Source of the DNA: the human T2T-CHM13v2.0 reference genome, Homo sapiens
Direction: 5' to 3' (one strand)
Assembly (NCBI RefSeq): GCF_009914755.1
Contig: NC_060938.1
DNA: 64,000 nucleotides
Shown here: one piece after another, positions 14,201-28,189 of the stretch
Numbering within the stretch: the stretch's first letter is position 1
Layout: the number at the start of each line of letters is the position of its first letter
Notes under the pieces: model-generated
The model's database searches: none
Told to the model about the DNA's origin: nothing
The model's input: only the letters and a program-made list of their open reading frames with translations
Program-made: the position numbers and the translations under genes

Positions 14201-15752
14201 GTACATATCTATTAGGTTCATCTGGTCTATACTACAGATTAAGTCTTATGCTTCTTTGTTGATTTTCTATCTGGACAATCTGTCCAAAGCTGAAAGTGGG
14301 CTGTTGAAGTCTTCAGCTTTTATTGTATTGGTATCTTTCTCTCTCTTTAGCTCCAATAATATTGGCTTTATATATCTGGGTAATCCAGTGTTGGGTGCAT
14401 ATATTTTTACAATTGTTATATCCTCTTCCTGAATGCACCCCTTTATCATTATATGATAACCTTGTCTATGATAACCTTGTCTTTTATAGATTTTTGTTTA
14501 GAGATCTATTTTTTCTGATATAAGTATAGCTACTCCTGCTGTTTTGGGTTTCTGTTTGCATGAAGTATCTTTTTCCATCCCTTTATTTTTAGTCTACATA
14601 TGTCTTTATAGGTGAAGTGTGTTTCTTGTAGGCAACAGACCATTGGGTCTTGTTTCCTTTTTCAATCCATTCAGTCATTCTGTGTCTTCTGATTGGAGAA
14701 TTTAGTCTATTTACATTCACTGTTATTATTGATAAGCAAGAACTTACTCCTGTCATTTTGTTATTCATTTTATGTTTGTTTCCTGGTCTTCTTCTTCCTT
14801 TCTGTCTTCCTTTTTGTAAAACTCTGGTAGTATGTTTTAATTTCTTGCTTTTTATTTTTTGTGTATCCATTGTAGGTTTTTTGATTTAAGGTTATCATGA
14901 GGTTTGCAAATAACATAACATGTTATTTTAAACTAATGATAACACTTCAAGAACAAGCAAACTAACAAACAAGCAAAGAGAAAACCAATAAAAACACTTT
15001 AACTTCACCCCTCCCACTTTTAAATTTTTGTTGTCTCTATTTTTATCTTACGCCATTTATGTCCTGAAAAGATGTATTTGTTTTTATTTTTGATTGGCTT
15101 ATCTTTTAGTCTTTCTACTGAAGGTATGAGTACTTTATACACTGTAATTGCAGTGTTATAATGTTCAGATTTTTCTGTGTACTTACCATTACCAGTGAGT
15201 TTTGTACCTTCAGATGATATAGTATTGCTTGTTAATATCCTTTTACGTCAGACTGAAGGACTCCCATTAGCATTTGTTATAGGACAGGTCTAGTGTTGAT
15301 AAATACCCTCAGCTTTTGTTTGTCTGGGAAAGTCTTCATTTCCCCTTCACATGTGAAGGATATTTTTCCTGGATACACTATTCTAGCATAAAAGTTGTAT
15401 TCCTTCAGCAATTTAAATATGTCATGCCTGCCTCTCCTGGCCTGTAAGATTTCCACTGAAAAGTCTGCTGACAGATGTATGGGAGCTCTTTGAATGTTAT
15501 TTGTTTATTTAATCTTGTTGCTTTTAATTTTTTTTCCTAATACTTGACCTTTGGGAGTTACATGTTTTGAGGTAGTCTTATTTGGGTTAAATTTACTTGG
15601 TGTTCTATAACCTTCCCGTACTTAAATATTTATATCTTTCGGTAGTTTTGGAAAGTTCTCTGTTATTATTTCTTTGAAAGACTTTCTACTCTAATCTCTC
15701 TCTCTCTAGCTCCTCTTTAAGGCCAAAAACTCTTGTGTCTGTCCTTTTGAGG

Positions 15753-16506
15753 AGAAGACTAAGCTCTATTTTTTAATCTTGCCCAAATTCCTGTCTAAGG
15801 GGTCTGGAGAGTTGTGCCCTACAAACTATACATTCTCATCAGATGGGTTTTATTTAATTCTATATATCGTGACTTACTTTCCAATCTGACTCTGGCATAA
15901 CACTACAACACAAGGAAGAAAATCAAAATATTTTACCCCAAAACACGTTTTTCTGCCATATCTTGAAATGGCCCTGCAAAGCCATCCTTTGTGTGGGAAA
16001 ATCTGCGTCTGTGAAGAATCTCTACTAACATAGCTAGATCTTTTTCTTCCAGGCCCTCCCAATCCTGAAGAGATTAACTAAAAGCCTAGCACCTTTTAAC
16101 GATCTGAATAGGAAATACTTGTCATCTATTGTCTCTAAGGGCAGCCACTATAAGACTTCAAAAAGACCTTGGTCTCCACAATCTTTTATCTTTACCTGAA
16201 TATTTCCTTTCTATTGATCCCAAGTCTTTAGATAAACTCAACCAATTGTCAACCAGAAAATGTTTAAATTTACCTATAGCCTGGAAGCCCCTGCTTTGAG
16301 TTGTCCCACCTTTCTGAACCAAACCAATGTATTTGATTGATGTCTCATGCCTCCCTAAAATACATATACCAAGCTGTACCCCAACCACCTTGGGCACATG
16401 TTCTGAGGACCCTCCTAAGGGCTGTGTCATGGGCCACAGCCACTCATATTTGGCTCAGAATAAATCTCTTCAAATATTTTACAAAGTCTGACTCTTTTCA
16501 TCAACA
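15753..16506 (+). mobile_element. Solo ERV1 LTR, MER4 family (MER4E-like), nested in L1 ORF1
   Basis: gactaagctct...aataaatctcttcaaatattttac...tcatcaaca; 4-bp TSD GAGG (15749-15752/16507-16510); L1 reads through once the insert is removed. Confidence 0.85.
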
Positions 16507-18006
16507 GAGGCTATTTTCTAGATCTTATAGGTGTACTTCATTATTTTTTTTTTTGTCTCCTCTGACTGTATATTTTCAAATAGCCTGTCTTTAAACCCAC
16601 TAATTGTATCTTCTGCTTAAGCAATTCTGCTTTTGAGTCACTCTGATGCATTCTTCAGTATGTCAATTAAATTTTTTAGCTCCAAAATTTCTGCTTGATT
16701 TTTTAATATTATTTCAATCTCTTTGTTAAGTTTATCTAATAGGATTCTAAATTCCTTCTCTGTGTTATCTTGAATTTTGTGGTGCTATTTAAACAGCTAT
16801 TTTGAATTCTCTGAAAGGTCACATATTTTTGTCACTCCAGTATCAGTCTCTGGTGTGTTATTTAGTTTGTCTGGTGAGGGCATATTTTCATGGATGGTTC
16901 TGATGCTGGGGGATATTTGTCGATGTCTGAGCCCTGAAGAGTTGGGTATCTATTGTAGTCTCGGCAGTCTAGGTTTGTTTGGATCCATCCTTTCTGAGAA
17001 GGGTTTCCAAGTATTCAAAGGGAATTGAGTGTTGTGATCTAAGTCTTTGGTCCCTGCAGCCATGTCTGCATTAAAGGGCACCTGAAGCCCAGTATCACTG
17101 TGAGTCTTGCAGACTCATAGAGGTATTGCGTGGCGGTCTTGAATAAGATCCATGAGAATTCCCTGGGTTACCAGGCGGAATCTCTTTTTCTCTTCCCCTA
17201 ATTTCTGCCAAATGAATGAAATCTCTCTCTCCATGACAAGCTGCCTGGAGATGAGGGAGAGGTGATAGAAACATCCCTGTAATCATCACCACTAGGACTC
17301 TATTGGGTCCATGATGACTAATGCCTGGCTGCTGGTCATGTTCACTCAAGGCCTGTAGCTTCTTCAGTTAGCAGGTGGTGAATCCAGCCATGCTTGTGGC
17401 CTTTCCTTCAGAGTGGTGAGCTCTGCCCCAGCCCAGGGCAGATCCAGAAATGCCATCCAGGAGCCAGGGCCCAGAGTTGGAAACTTTATGAATCTACTTG
17501 GTGCTCTGTTCTACTGAGGCTGAGCTGACACATAAGCCACAAGACAAAGTTCTCCCTACTTTTCACTCTCCTTTCCTCATGCAGAAAGAGTCTCTCTCTG
17601 TGACCACCATAGCCCCAGGCCCATGATGAGTACTGCCTGACTACTACCGATGTTCGCTCAAACAACTGTCAACCAGATAATGTTGAGGGCTCTTCATTCA
17701 GGTTGCGGTGAATGCTGCCAGGCCTGGGCCTCTCCCTTCAGGGCAACAGGCTCCTACCTGGTCTAGGACTGGTCCAGAAATGTTGTCCAGAAGCCAAGAT
17801 CTGGAATCAGGGTCCCCACTCTGCCTGAGCTGTTGCCCAAGCTGCAAGACAAAGTCCCCTTTACTCTTCTCTTTCCTTTCCTCAAGCAGGAAAAGTCTTT
17901 CCCTGTGACACCTACAGCTGAGAATGTGCTGGGTCACACCTGAAGCTAGCACAGGCCTGCGTCTTACCTAAGACCCATGGCGAGTACTGCCTGGGTACCA
18001 CTTACG

Positions 18007-18283
18007 TTTTTTCTTTCTGAGATGGAGTTTCGCTTTTGTTGCCCAAGCTGGAGTGCAATGGTGCAACTGCGGCTCACTGCAACGACCACCTCCCGGGTTC
18101 AAGCAATTCTGCCTCAGCCTCCTGAGTAGCTGGGATTACAGGTGCACACCATCACACCTGGTTAACTTTTTTGTATTTTTAGTAGAAACAGGGTTTCATC
18201 ATGTTAGCCAGGCTGGTCTTGAATTCCTGACCTCAGGTGATTTGCACACCTCAGCCTCCCAAAGTGCTGGGATTACAGGTGTG
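18007..18283 (-). mobile_element. AluS nested in L1 5' UTR, slightly 5'-truncated
   Basis: Alu dimer ending ...gattacaggtgtg; L1 UTR resumes after it. Confidence 0.92.
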
Positions 18284-19767
18284 CAAGACCTACGGGCTCT
18301 TTAGTCAGCAGGTGATAAATCTTGTCATGACTGGGTCCTTCCTTCAACAAAGAGGGTTCTCTTCTGACCCAGGATCCATCTAGAAATGTTATCTGGGAGC
18401 TATGTCATGGAATGAGGGCTTCAGGACTCTGCCTGGTGCCCTATTCTACTATGGCTAAGCTGGTATCCAAGTTGCAAAACAAAGTCCTCTTTACTCTCCT
18501 CCTTTCCCCAACTAAAGCTGAAGAAAGGAGTGTCTCCTGGAGCTGCGAGCTGTATTGCCTCAGTTGGGGGAAAGGTGATGCTAGCACTCCCTTGACAGCC
18601 CTGGCTGTTGTCTTACTAGGTCACTCCAATGGCTCCAAGCCCAGCATAGTACCAGGCTTGTCCTTGTGGGCTAAACTGCCTCTCAAGTTTATTGAGGATC
18701 CCAGAGTGCTTTAGTCCATGGTGATGGGTCTAGCTAGAATTCAGATTCCAACTATCAGGATGCATGATTCCCTTCTGGCTACTGCTTGTCTAAATGCTCC
18801 CTCCATGGGCATGACTAAATTCTGCCTTGTGTTGCTTTCCACTGTGACAGGGTAGCACTGAGTTCCCATGCAAAGTTCCACAATCACTGTTCTCTCTCTC
18901 CCCAAAACACACAGATTCTCTCTCCCACCACGTGGCTGCTGCCAGAAGTTGGGGGAGGAGTGGGGAAGTGTAGGCAATTTAAGATAGTCTTTCCTACCCT
19001 CTTCAGTGCCTTCTTCCTTGATATGATGTTAGAACCAGGTACTGTGATTGCTCGCCTTAAGTTTGATTCATATAGGAGTGCTTTTTTGTCTTGATAGTTA
19101 ATTGTTCAATTTGGTTTTCCTGAGAGATAGGGGGACAATTGCAGGAGGGTTCTATTTGACCATCTTGCTCTGCCTCCTCCCCCTAATTATTCTTTTAATA
19201 TCATTAGGAGCTGTAGTAATGTTCTTCTTTCATTCCTAATATTGGCCATTTGTATCTTCTCTTTTTTTTTTCCTAATCAGTCTGGCAAGAGGTTTTTAAT
19301 TCTTATTGGTTTTTTCAAAGAACCTGCTTTTAGGTAATTTATTTATTTTTTAAATTTCATTGATCTTAAATTTACTATATCCTTGCTTTGACTTACTTTG
19401 GGTTTAATTTGCTCTTGGTCTTCTAGATTTCTACAATGGAAACATAGACTATTGATTTGAAACATTTTTTCTTTTGTAATATACCCATTTCATGTTACAG
19501 ATCTCCCTCTGAGCACTTTTTAGATGATCTCACAAATTTGCATAAATTCTGTATTAATTTTTATATAGGTAACATATTTTCTAATTTTTCTTTTGATGTA
19601 TTTCTTGACATATCCATGGATTATTTGAAGTATCATGTTTAACTTCTAAATATTTGGGAAATTTTTAGGTATCTTTCTGTTATTAATTTCTAATTTCATT
19701 CTGTTGTGGATAGACAACATATATTGTATAATTTCAATCATTTTAACTTTACTGAAATTTGTTTTAT

Positions 19768-20508
19768 TGTTACTGGGGGTCCTTGTTCTTAGAGCTCCCA
19801 AGATGGCGGCAAGCCTCTTGTTCTCTGACCTGGGGTTCTTGGCCTCACAGATTCCAAGGAATGGAATCTTGGGCCATGCAGTGAGTGTTATAGCTCTACT
19901 AGAAGCTGTGGGTCATGGAAGAGAACCGTGGAACCTAGCAACTAGTGTTCAGCTTGATTAGGATGAATCTGGGCACTGAGCCGTGCAGGAACAATGGCGA
20001 GCCTTTATCCTGACTGGGAGTGGCAATGGGCGCCTCGCTGGATCAGGAGGAGCACAGTGGACACCCTGCCAGATCCAGAGGGGTGGAAGTCAGTGGCAGG
20101 TCTGTGATGGCAGCAAACAGCAGTGGTGGACGGTGAGCGAAAGCTCAGCTTGAGCCGTAACAAACACGGACCAGAAGGGCGTGCAGTTGCAAGATTCAAT
20201 ACAGTGAAAACAGAACTCCCATACACTGGGAGGGGACCCAAAGGGGGTTGCCATTGCCATCTAGAATGCCTGGGTTTATATCCTGATCATTGTCCCTCCC
20301 TCTGTGCTCTCAGGTGATAGATGATTGACTATTTCTTTACTTCCTGCTTTTAGCCTAATTGGTATTTTAGTGAGCTCTCTTTACTACCTGACTGGTCGGG
20401 TGTGAGCTAAGTTGCAAGCCCCGTATTTAAAGGTGGATGCAGTCACCTTCCCAGCTAGGCTTAGGGATTCTTAGTCGCCCTAGGAAATCCAGCTAGCCCT
20501 GTCTCTCA
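19768..20508 (-). mobile_element. Solo LTR17 (HERV-W LTR), complete U3-R-U5
   Basis: Minus strand begins TGAGAGACAGGGCTAGCTGGATTTCCTAGG and ends CCCCCAGTAACA; 4-bp TSD TTAT (19764-19767/20509-20512). Confidence 0.93.
20275..20362 (-). promoter_or_regulatory. LTR17 U3 core promoter elements (CCAAT 20358-20362; GATATAAA TATA box 20275-20282)
   Basis: Motifs present at the expected LTR17 positions; activity unknown. Confidence 0.5.
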
Positions 20509-22200
20509 TTATGACTCAGAATATAGTCTACCTTAGGAAATATTCAATGTGTACATGAAAAATATGTGTAATTAGCTGTTGTTGGGGAAGTATTCTATAA
20601 ACGTCAATTAAATTTACTTGGTTAATAGTATTGTTCAAGTCTTCTGTGTCTTTACTGACTTTCTGCCTACTGTTTTATGAATTGCTGAAAAAGGAATGTT
20701 AAAATCTCCAACTGTAATTATGGATTTGTCTATTTTTCCTTACAATTCTATCAGTTTTTTCTTCATATATTTTGACACTGTTAATAGGTGAACACACATT
20801 TATGACTGTTATTCCTTCCCTTTACAATTGTTGACTTATTCATGATTCAACCACTCACATTTATTTCTTTCACTTTTGGAAAATGAGGAGGTTTAACTCT
20901 ATTATATCTTTAAGTTCTAATATAAGTCTTCAAAATATTGTCAGAATTTATTATGTTACCTTGAAACAAAACTAGCCAAGTTAACCCTAAAAGACTACCC
21001 TAAAATAAAAATATTTCAAAATGCTTTGAACAATCAACATAACAGAGTATGAAAAAAATAATGTCATCTCCTCTAATTCTATACTGATAATTAATTTGTG
21101 GAACTTCTATAAAAGTAAATTTTATAAGGTGACCATAAAATGAATGTTTGCAATTCCTAGCTATCTTTGCACCAAAAGCTTAAGTATTAAAAAGGAAATA
21201 TTTGTTAAAAAGGAACATTCTTTGCAATTCTAATAATCCCAGCTTTTGCTTCTTACCAATTCTTACACACTTAGCACAAGGACCTATTTTCATTGCTGTC
21301 CTAAGTCTCAACAAGCTAGTTAGCCAGAATTCTCTGCAAAAGTTCCACTGGGTGAAGGGACTTGCATTTTCTAATATTTTTCCTGGGCTTCTTCCACTTC
21401 TCTTTCATAACCCACATTGTAATTGGTTTTTAAAAAGCTGTTCCAACCTGACTAAATGTCTTTGCTAAGCTGATCTCTAATGATGAATATTTAATGATAC
21501 CCACCAAGTATTTTTCTCTCTGGAATATTATAAGTTCAAAGTGTATGAGACAAATGATACATTTAATTTTTTAAAATTTTAATTTGTCCAGCCCTTCCCC
21601 TGGAGAGAAGGAACAAACACGTATGTATTTCAGATTCCCTGGCAAAATATTTTCCTGAATTTGTCTCTAGCCTAATAATGCACTGTCCTTCCATTTCTGC
21701 CCTATTCTGAATTCCCAGTTCTCTATCAGTGCTCAAGAAAACTTAATCTCTTCCTCAGTAAACTGCTTTATTCCTATCTGAAAGTTTAATCTGGGCAGAT
21801 GTTTTACTTAAAGTCTGCCCTCCATGTCTCCATCTGTGTGGCTGCTATTTTACATTTTTAACCTCCAAGAGGGTGAGGCCATGATTGTCTCCATCTACCC
21901 ATCTTTCCATCTACTCATTTTTCCATCTACCCATCCAAATACTCCACAATTTAGCACTGTGCCATCTACACTAAAGAACTCAATAAATGGTCATATGATG
22001 ATCATTTCTTGACCAAAGTGCAGAAATTAAAGTTTGCTGTGGTGGAAGCTGGGAAACAGGAAATTACTGTTCTCACATTCTCAGTCTCTTGATGTAAAAA
22101 AATTATGGGGCTGCACCAGATCATCTCTAAGTCCTCTCAGCACTAACATTTTATGATTCTAATCTATCCAGACAGAAACAGTGAACAACCAGTACTTCTA

Positions 22201-22622
<422 letters not shown>

Positions 22623-22954
22623 CTATTCTAGATAAATCCATTTGAATCTCTTTGACTAGTTTTCATAATAGGACTAATAGCTAATTGATATTTTATTGTA
22701 TAAAATTATATATTCCTAGTGTGTCAATAATGAAAAGATTTTACTCAATTTTTTTTTCTTTTTACTTACTTCAGACTTGGCTTCACATGACTTTAATCCA
22801 TTTTCAGAAACCAAATCCACTCATAGTAGATAAAAATTTGCCATAAACAAGCATACTCAAAAAAATGTGCCATTGACATAAGAAATAAAGGCAGGGATGC
22901 AAAGATGTTTTTAATGATGGTTCATAGGAATCAGCGCTTAGTTTCTTAAAGTGA

Positions 22955-23275
<321 letters not shown>

Positions 23276-23889
23276 TTAAAGTGACTATTTTAAAGGAAAC
23301 AATCATTGTTTGGATGAATATATTATGATGTTTGTTAAAAACTAATAAATTTAATTGGTATTTCTTTTGTTTTTAGTACCTAGAATTTTGAATTAGAGAT
23401 TATTAAAAATGGCTTCTATAGCTAAATTTCTTCACAATCTTTCTTTTCTTAATATTCTTATTGAGTAAATTATTTGGAAGGGTAAAAGCATGTGGCTTGC
23501 TGAGGGAATTGGGTTTGATAAAGTGCAGCTCTAATAGGTTAAAATATTAATTATACTCATCGAAGTACCCAGGTTGATTTCTGAATAAGCACTTTAGATC
23601 CATTACGATTTTCAGATTTTATAACAAAGAAAAAAATACCAATTCAACTGGCAACCTTTCGTTTAATTTTGAAGAGCAGGATGAAATTGACTAGTTAAAT
23701 ATGGCTTGCAGGTTAGTCTTGATCACTTCAAGAGAATAAACATATCTTCATATTTCAGCATGATTTGATTGCCTATAAGGTTTTAAATGTGTCATGTAAG
23801 CATTACTGGAAAAATAGCAATTAAATTTTTGTTAGAATTTTAGAAAGGCTGAAACTAGAAAATGATTTTTTAAGAAGTTTTTAAAATCA

Positions 23890-24470
23890 CCAGTTTAACA
23901 TGTATTGTACACTCACTGTGTGTTCTGGAGTCCCGGCAGTGCTTGCCTTCAAAAGCCCATACAATCTAGTAGAAGGGCATTTCCCAAACATCAGTGTTCA
24001 CCTACAGTTTTACTACTGTTTTCTCTTACATTTACTTGTTAACTTTGCACTCTAAATCTCTGTATAGGGGAGGCTTAAAAGATGGAGAGAAGCACAGAGC
24101 TGTATTTGCATATTAGTTTACATATGACTTCTTATCAAAGCATGGAGTAGTTATTATAAATGAGATAATTGGAGTATTGTAGAGTTAAAGCTCTCTCAAA
24201 TCCTCCCATGGTTGCCACTACTATTCCTAAGCAATATCTGTAAAAATCAACGTAATAATCCATTAGTGATATATATTTACAGTCATTAAAATAAAAATGT
24301 TTATGCATCACCTACAAACTTGAATTGTACCAGGAATTATACACAGCATGCTTTAGAAGCTACTGTTGTAGAAGATTTAAGATATGTACAGAAATAGCTG
24401 ACTTGAACAGCCATTAATTGCTGTGAGCAAGGTATAAACAAATCACAAAGATTCAATGAGAGAGAAATGA
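23890..24470. mobile_element. L2 fragment, possibly interrupted by a hAT-Charlie-like element (~23975-24365)
   Basis: L2-like tail at 23890; catttcccaaac...ctttagaagctactg with gtagaag on both flanks. Weak. Confidence 0.3.
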
Positions 24471-25559
24471 GTTCAAGGAACAAAACATGTACTTATATCA
24501 CACACATGCTTACATTGAACAAATATGACAGGGCTTTGGCAAACTCTGCTTCTGTAGACTCTGCTGAAAGCCATTATTAATGCTTCCTCACCTACCTCAT
24601 CTTATCCCGTAAAACATCTGTTTGTTTAAAAAGAAACTGTATACTAACTCTTCAACTACAAGTTAAAAATCATGACTTTTCTTTCAAGGGGAAGAAGGAT
24701 GGGGAATAAACATGCCTTCTGCAATTTTACTAAAAAATTCCAATGTTAATTAAAACCATATATTTAGTATGGGTAAAGGTAATAAATGGGGATGTCTTGG
24801 ACAAAACCATGCTCCTCTGTGAATTCAAATTAGTAATGCTGTGTTACTGGCTGACTTTTGAACATTCTGTTCTATTTGAAACAGCTGAGACAGGAAGGAA
24901 GCCTGTATGTCCTACAGAAACCCAATTAGGCTTGATGAAAGAGAGGCCATGAAATGCTTCTCTTGTCTACCAAGACAGAGAAAATGTTGTGTTAGGTTCA
25001 GCTTTGAAATGAATTCTAACTATAAGCTTTTAGATCAGGCGTTGTCCAGTTAGCTTGGTCAACTTAAGACAATATTACATTATGCTCTCACAATTGTGGA
25101 TGTTGGTCCTGCTCAAAATCTTGACAGGCTTCTAGAAAGCTGATCCTTTTTGTCCTGGTGACTGCCACAGGAATAAACAGAGGAGATGGCTCTAGCCTTG
25201 GATTGATTGAAAGAGAACCTGACTTGCTCACTTCCTGCTAACCCTTCCCTACACCAGCAGTGTGGTCATGTTGGATGTTTCAGTGCCTTCTTACAACAGC
25301 AACAACATAAGAGAAGCCAGCTGCCAACATGGTCTGCTATTCCAACAGTTATTTGTCTGTCAACAGTAATATAGTCAGAATCTACAACTGAAATTCTAAT
25401 AGTGATCCTCTCCCAAACTGAGATGTGGATAAATGTTTTCTTGTGCTTTGTCCTTACAAACCTCTTTTCAAAAGACTCTTGAGCATCTTTCTTTCCTCTG
25501 AACCCCCAATGCAGTTTATTGGGGCCACTTTTTTGGGGCCACCTTTATAGCATTTAGCC

Positions 25560-25865
25560 CTTTTCATTTTTGTACCACAGTAATTTGTATGAAGGATTTA
25601 AATTCCTAAGGGTTGGTAATGTTTTTTCTTATGATGCCATTCTCCTGAGCTCCTAGCACAGTGCCTTGGTTTGCATTAGAAATCCAATAAATGTTTGATT
25701 AATGCTGTGTTTAGAAAAACAACAACAAAAACATGAACATCCTCCAACTACAACAAAAAAGGCAGATATTTTTGTTTCATTTTGTTCACTGATGTGAGTC
25801 CCATGCACCTAGAAAGTTCCTGGCACACAGCTGACACTCAATAAATATTTGTTGAATGAATAAGT
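25560..25865 (+). mobile_element. Two tandem L2 3'-end fragments
   Basis: cctagcacagtgcc...aataaatgtttga and cctggcacacag...ctcaataaatatttgttgaatgaat. Confidence 0.7.
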
Positions 25866-25984
25866 ATTATGACTTTCCAAAGAGCTTGGAGAGTATCTAT
25901 TTGATTGGCAAATACAGAAAAAGGAAACATGTCATATAATGTGTAAAGGAAGAAGTAGATTAGTAATTTCTTCTTCCTCTAGAC

Positions 25985-26204
25985 CAGAGGTTGGAAAACT
26001 TTTTCTATAGAGGGCCAGATGGTAAATACTTTAGTCTTTGTGGGCCATATGGTTTCTGTAGCAACTATTCAACTCTACTGTTCAGTGCAAAAGCAGCCAA
26101 AGACAATATATGAATAAATGAGTGTGGTTGTATTCCAATAAAACTTTATTTACAAAAACAGTTGGCAGGCAAGACTGGACCCATAAGCAGTTTGCCAACC
26201 TCTG
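25985..26204 (+). mobile_element. MER58A hAT-Charlie MITE
   Basis: TIRs cagaggttggaaaact / agtttgccaacctctg; 8-bp TSD ctctagac/ctctagag. Confidence 0.9.
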
Positions 26205-27399
26205 CTCTAGAGCACCTGTGTCTGTTAGAAGTAAGGTAACTAGGTAACTATTCTCTCCTTTAATACCATGCTTTCTGCATCTTTATACATTTGTTCCCCA
26301 ACCCCACACCCACAGGTACTGTGTTTTGCAACATGGTAGCTGTACAGTATGTTTGTTGCATTAAACTGAGTCTTACACTGATTTCCTGGAACTGTAGTTT
26401 TCAGTAGAACCAGTGAACTCAAGTCCCTGTAATTTGCCTTTTCTTTGAATTCTGTCTTAGCAAAGGTGGGTAAAGTTAATAGCTACTGAAATAATGTCTT
26501 CTGAAACTGATGGAGTAAGGGGCACATTCTCTCTTGAGTTCCTATTTCTCTTATCTGAAGCATTTTCTTCAGGATGTCAGTGATGTATCAGAGCTGGCTC
26601 TTCTGATTATCCATGAAGACAAGAAATGACTAACACAACTTTCTCACTACTCATTTAAGCTCACTCTTCTTTTAAAGCTGCCTCCTCTCTCAGTCTTTTG
26701 TAAAAAACTTATTTTCATGAAAGGAATATGAGAAAACGACCATTGGTATCTACAATTGGCAAAAATGTGTTCCTATATTTTCCTCACCAATGACTACCAA
26801 AAATGTTATATTCCTGTGAGTTTTATGTTAAATAACTATATTATTTCAGAACAGGAATCTGTGACATATGGTGATAGTCAATAAATGCATTGCTAAAATG
26901 TATCTGTTTTAAAATATTTAAGTAGTATTAATGTGGAACAACACCATCATAAAATGTGTTCTGCAGGTCTATTCTATACTTGCACTATCTACTTGCAAAA
27001 TTTTCAAATTTGTTTTTCATTTTGCTAAGTGCTGGCCCCTCTTATGAACTAGGCCTGATTCCCTCTTCAGCTGCAAATGCAATTTTAAACAGAACTCCGA
27101 TGAGATTACTTGCTGAACACGTTAAACATTCATAGCTTTGCCATATGCTGTTATGGAAATTGCATTGATTTATAGCAATTTGGGTGCCACCAGATAGCAC
27201 CGATTCACCTGATACCAACTCTAAGTGTATTGGGAAATAATGTTTTAAATGTTTCATTTGCATCTAGACCTCTGTTGAACTAAGAGGCATGTACTATGTT
27301 TATGTATTTTTGGAGAACACTAATTTTTACACATTGAAAATTATTCCTGCATTTGGTGACTTCCAGAAAAAATTAGGTATATAAGGTCTAAATTTATAC

Positions 27400-27590
27400 T
27401 GTAATGGCACAGTGGTCAATGACATAAATTACTAAAGCCAGGCAGACTTAGGTTTTCATCCCGATTCAACCATTTAATTATTACTCTACAGCCTTGCTTT
27501 CTTCAATGGCATAAGAAGGAAAATAATCACGCCTATCTGAGAGGATTTCTGTGAATGTTAAATATGATAAGGTATATAAGGCATGTAACA
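27400..27590 (+). mobile_element. MIR
   Basis: aaagccaggcagacttaggtttt...gaggatttctgtgaatgttaaatatgataagg. Confidence 0.55.
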
Positions 27591-28189
27591 CCTACAAAAA
27601 GAAATGTCTTGTGGTTTGTTCTAAAATATGCTCAATAATCATTAGCTCTCATAGCCTAAACTTTGTATTTCTGTATAGGTTAGTGGCACTCCTTTACATG
27701 ATGCAGAAATGCTTGAGTTTGTAGGACTTGACTGGGAATGTTGGAAGATGATTTAGGGAACTTAAAAATTGCCATACGAGACAAGGTCACCACTATAGTG
27801 AATATACGGATCTATTAAAAACAAAGGTAAAAAGGAACAAAGTCACAGGATGCTCTCTTCACAGTAAGGGTATCAATAACCTGTCCTAATTGTGTTAATT
27901 TTTATTTGGAAGGGAGGAAGTATAATACTCATTTTAAGCATGCTAAGAAGGAGTTATGGAAATGAACACTGTCTTTATATCCACTGAGCATTCTATCCAA
28001 TTACATTCAGAGGAGGAAAGACGCTTCTTAGAATTAATTATATTTCACTGTAATAAGTGAATATATACAGTGTAATGAATATTCATACATATTCAAGTTT
28101 GTAAGAATATAAAAAAGCCAGAAAACCTTTAGCTTTTTTTTTAATTGACTTGGAGTGCACATTTGAATATAGATGGACTCTCTCTGGGT

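Larger units (their letters stand above)
10900..19183 (-). mobile_element. Near-full-length degenerate L1MA-type LINE-1 (3' end, ORF2, ORF1, 5' UTR) with nested THE1, MER4E-like LTR and Alu
   Basis: L1MA-type 3' end at 10905-10987; ORF2 endonuclease relics (14267-14449 IKGCIQEEDITIVKIYAPNTG; 14589-14870 LSIITVNVNRLNSPIRRHR); ORF1 antisense ~15200-16900; 5' UTR ending ccatcttgctctgcctcc at ~19180. Confidence 0.9.
19185..20820 (-). mobile_element. Older L1 (L1MB/MC-like) ORF2 endonuclease-region fragment, interrupted by LTR17
   Basis: Antisense L1 ORF2 motifs (ttgttcaagtcttct...aaaatctccaactgtaattatggatttgtctat). Confidence 0.7.

Noticed and set aside
10900-19183. Active or intact LINE-1
   Set aside because: ORF1 and ORF2 are broken by stops, frameshifts, deletions and nested insertions.
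19768-20508. HERV-W provirus or syncytin-like gene
   Set aside because: Only a solo LTR bounded by its TSD; no gag/pol/env and no poly(A)-tailed processed-pseudogene structure.
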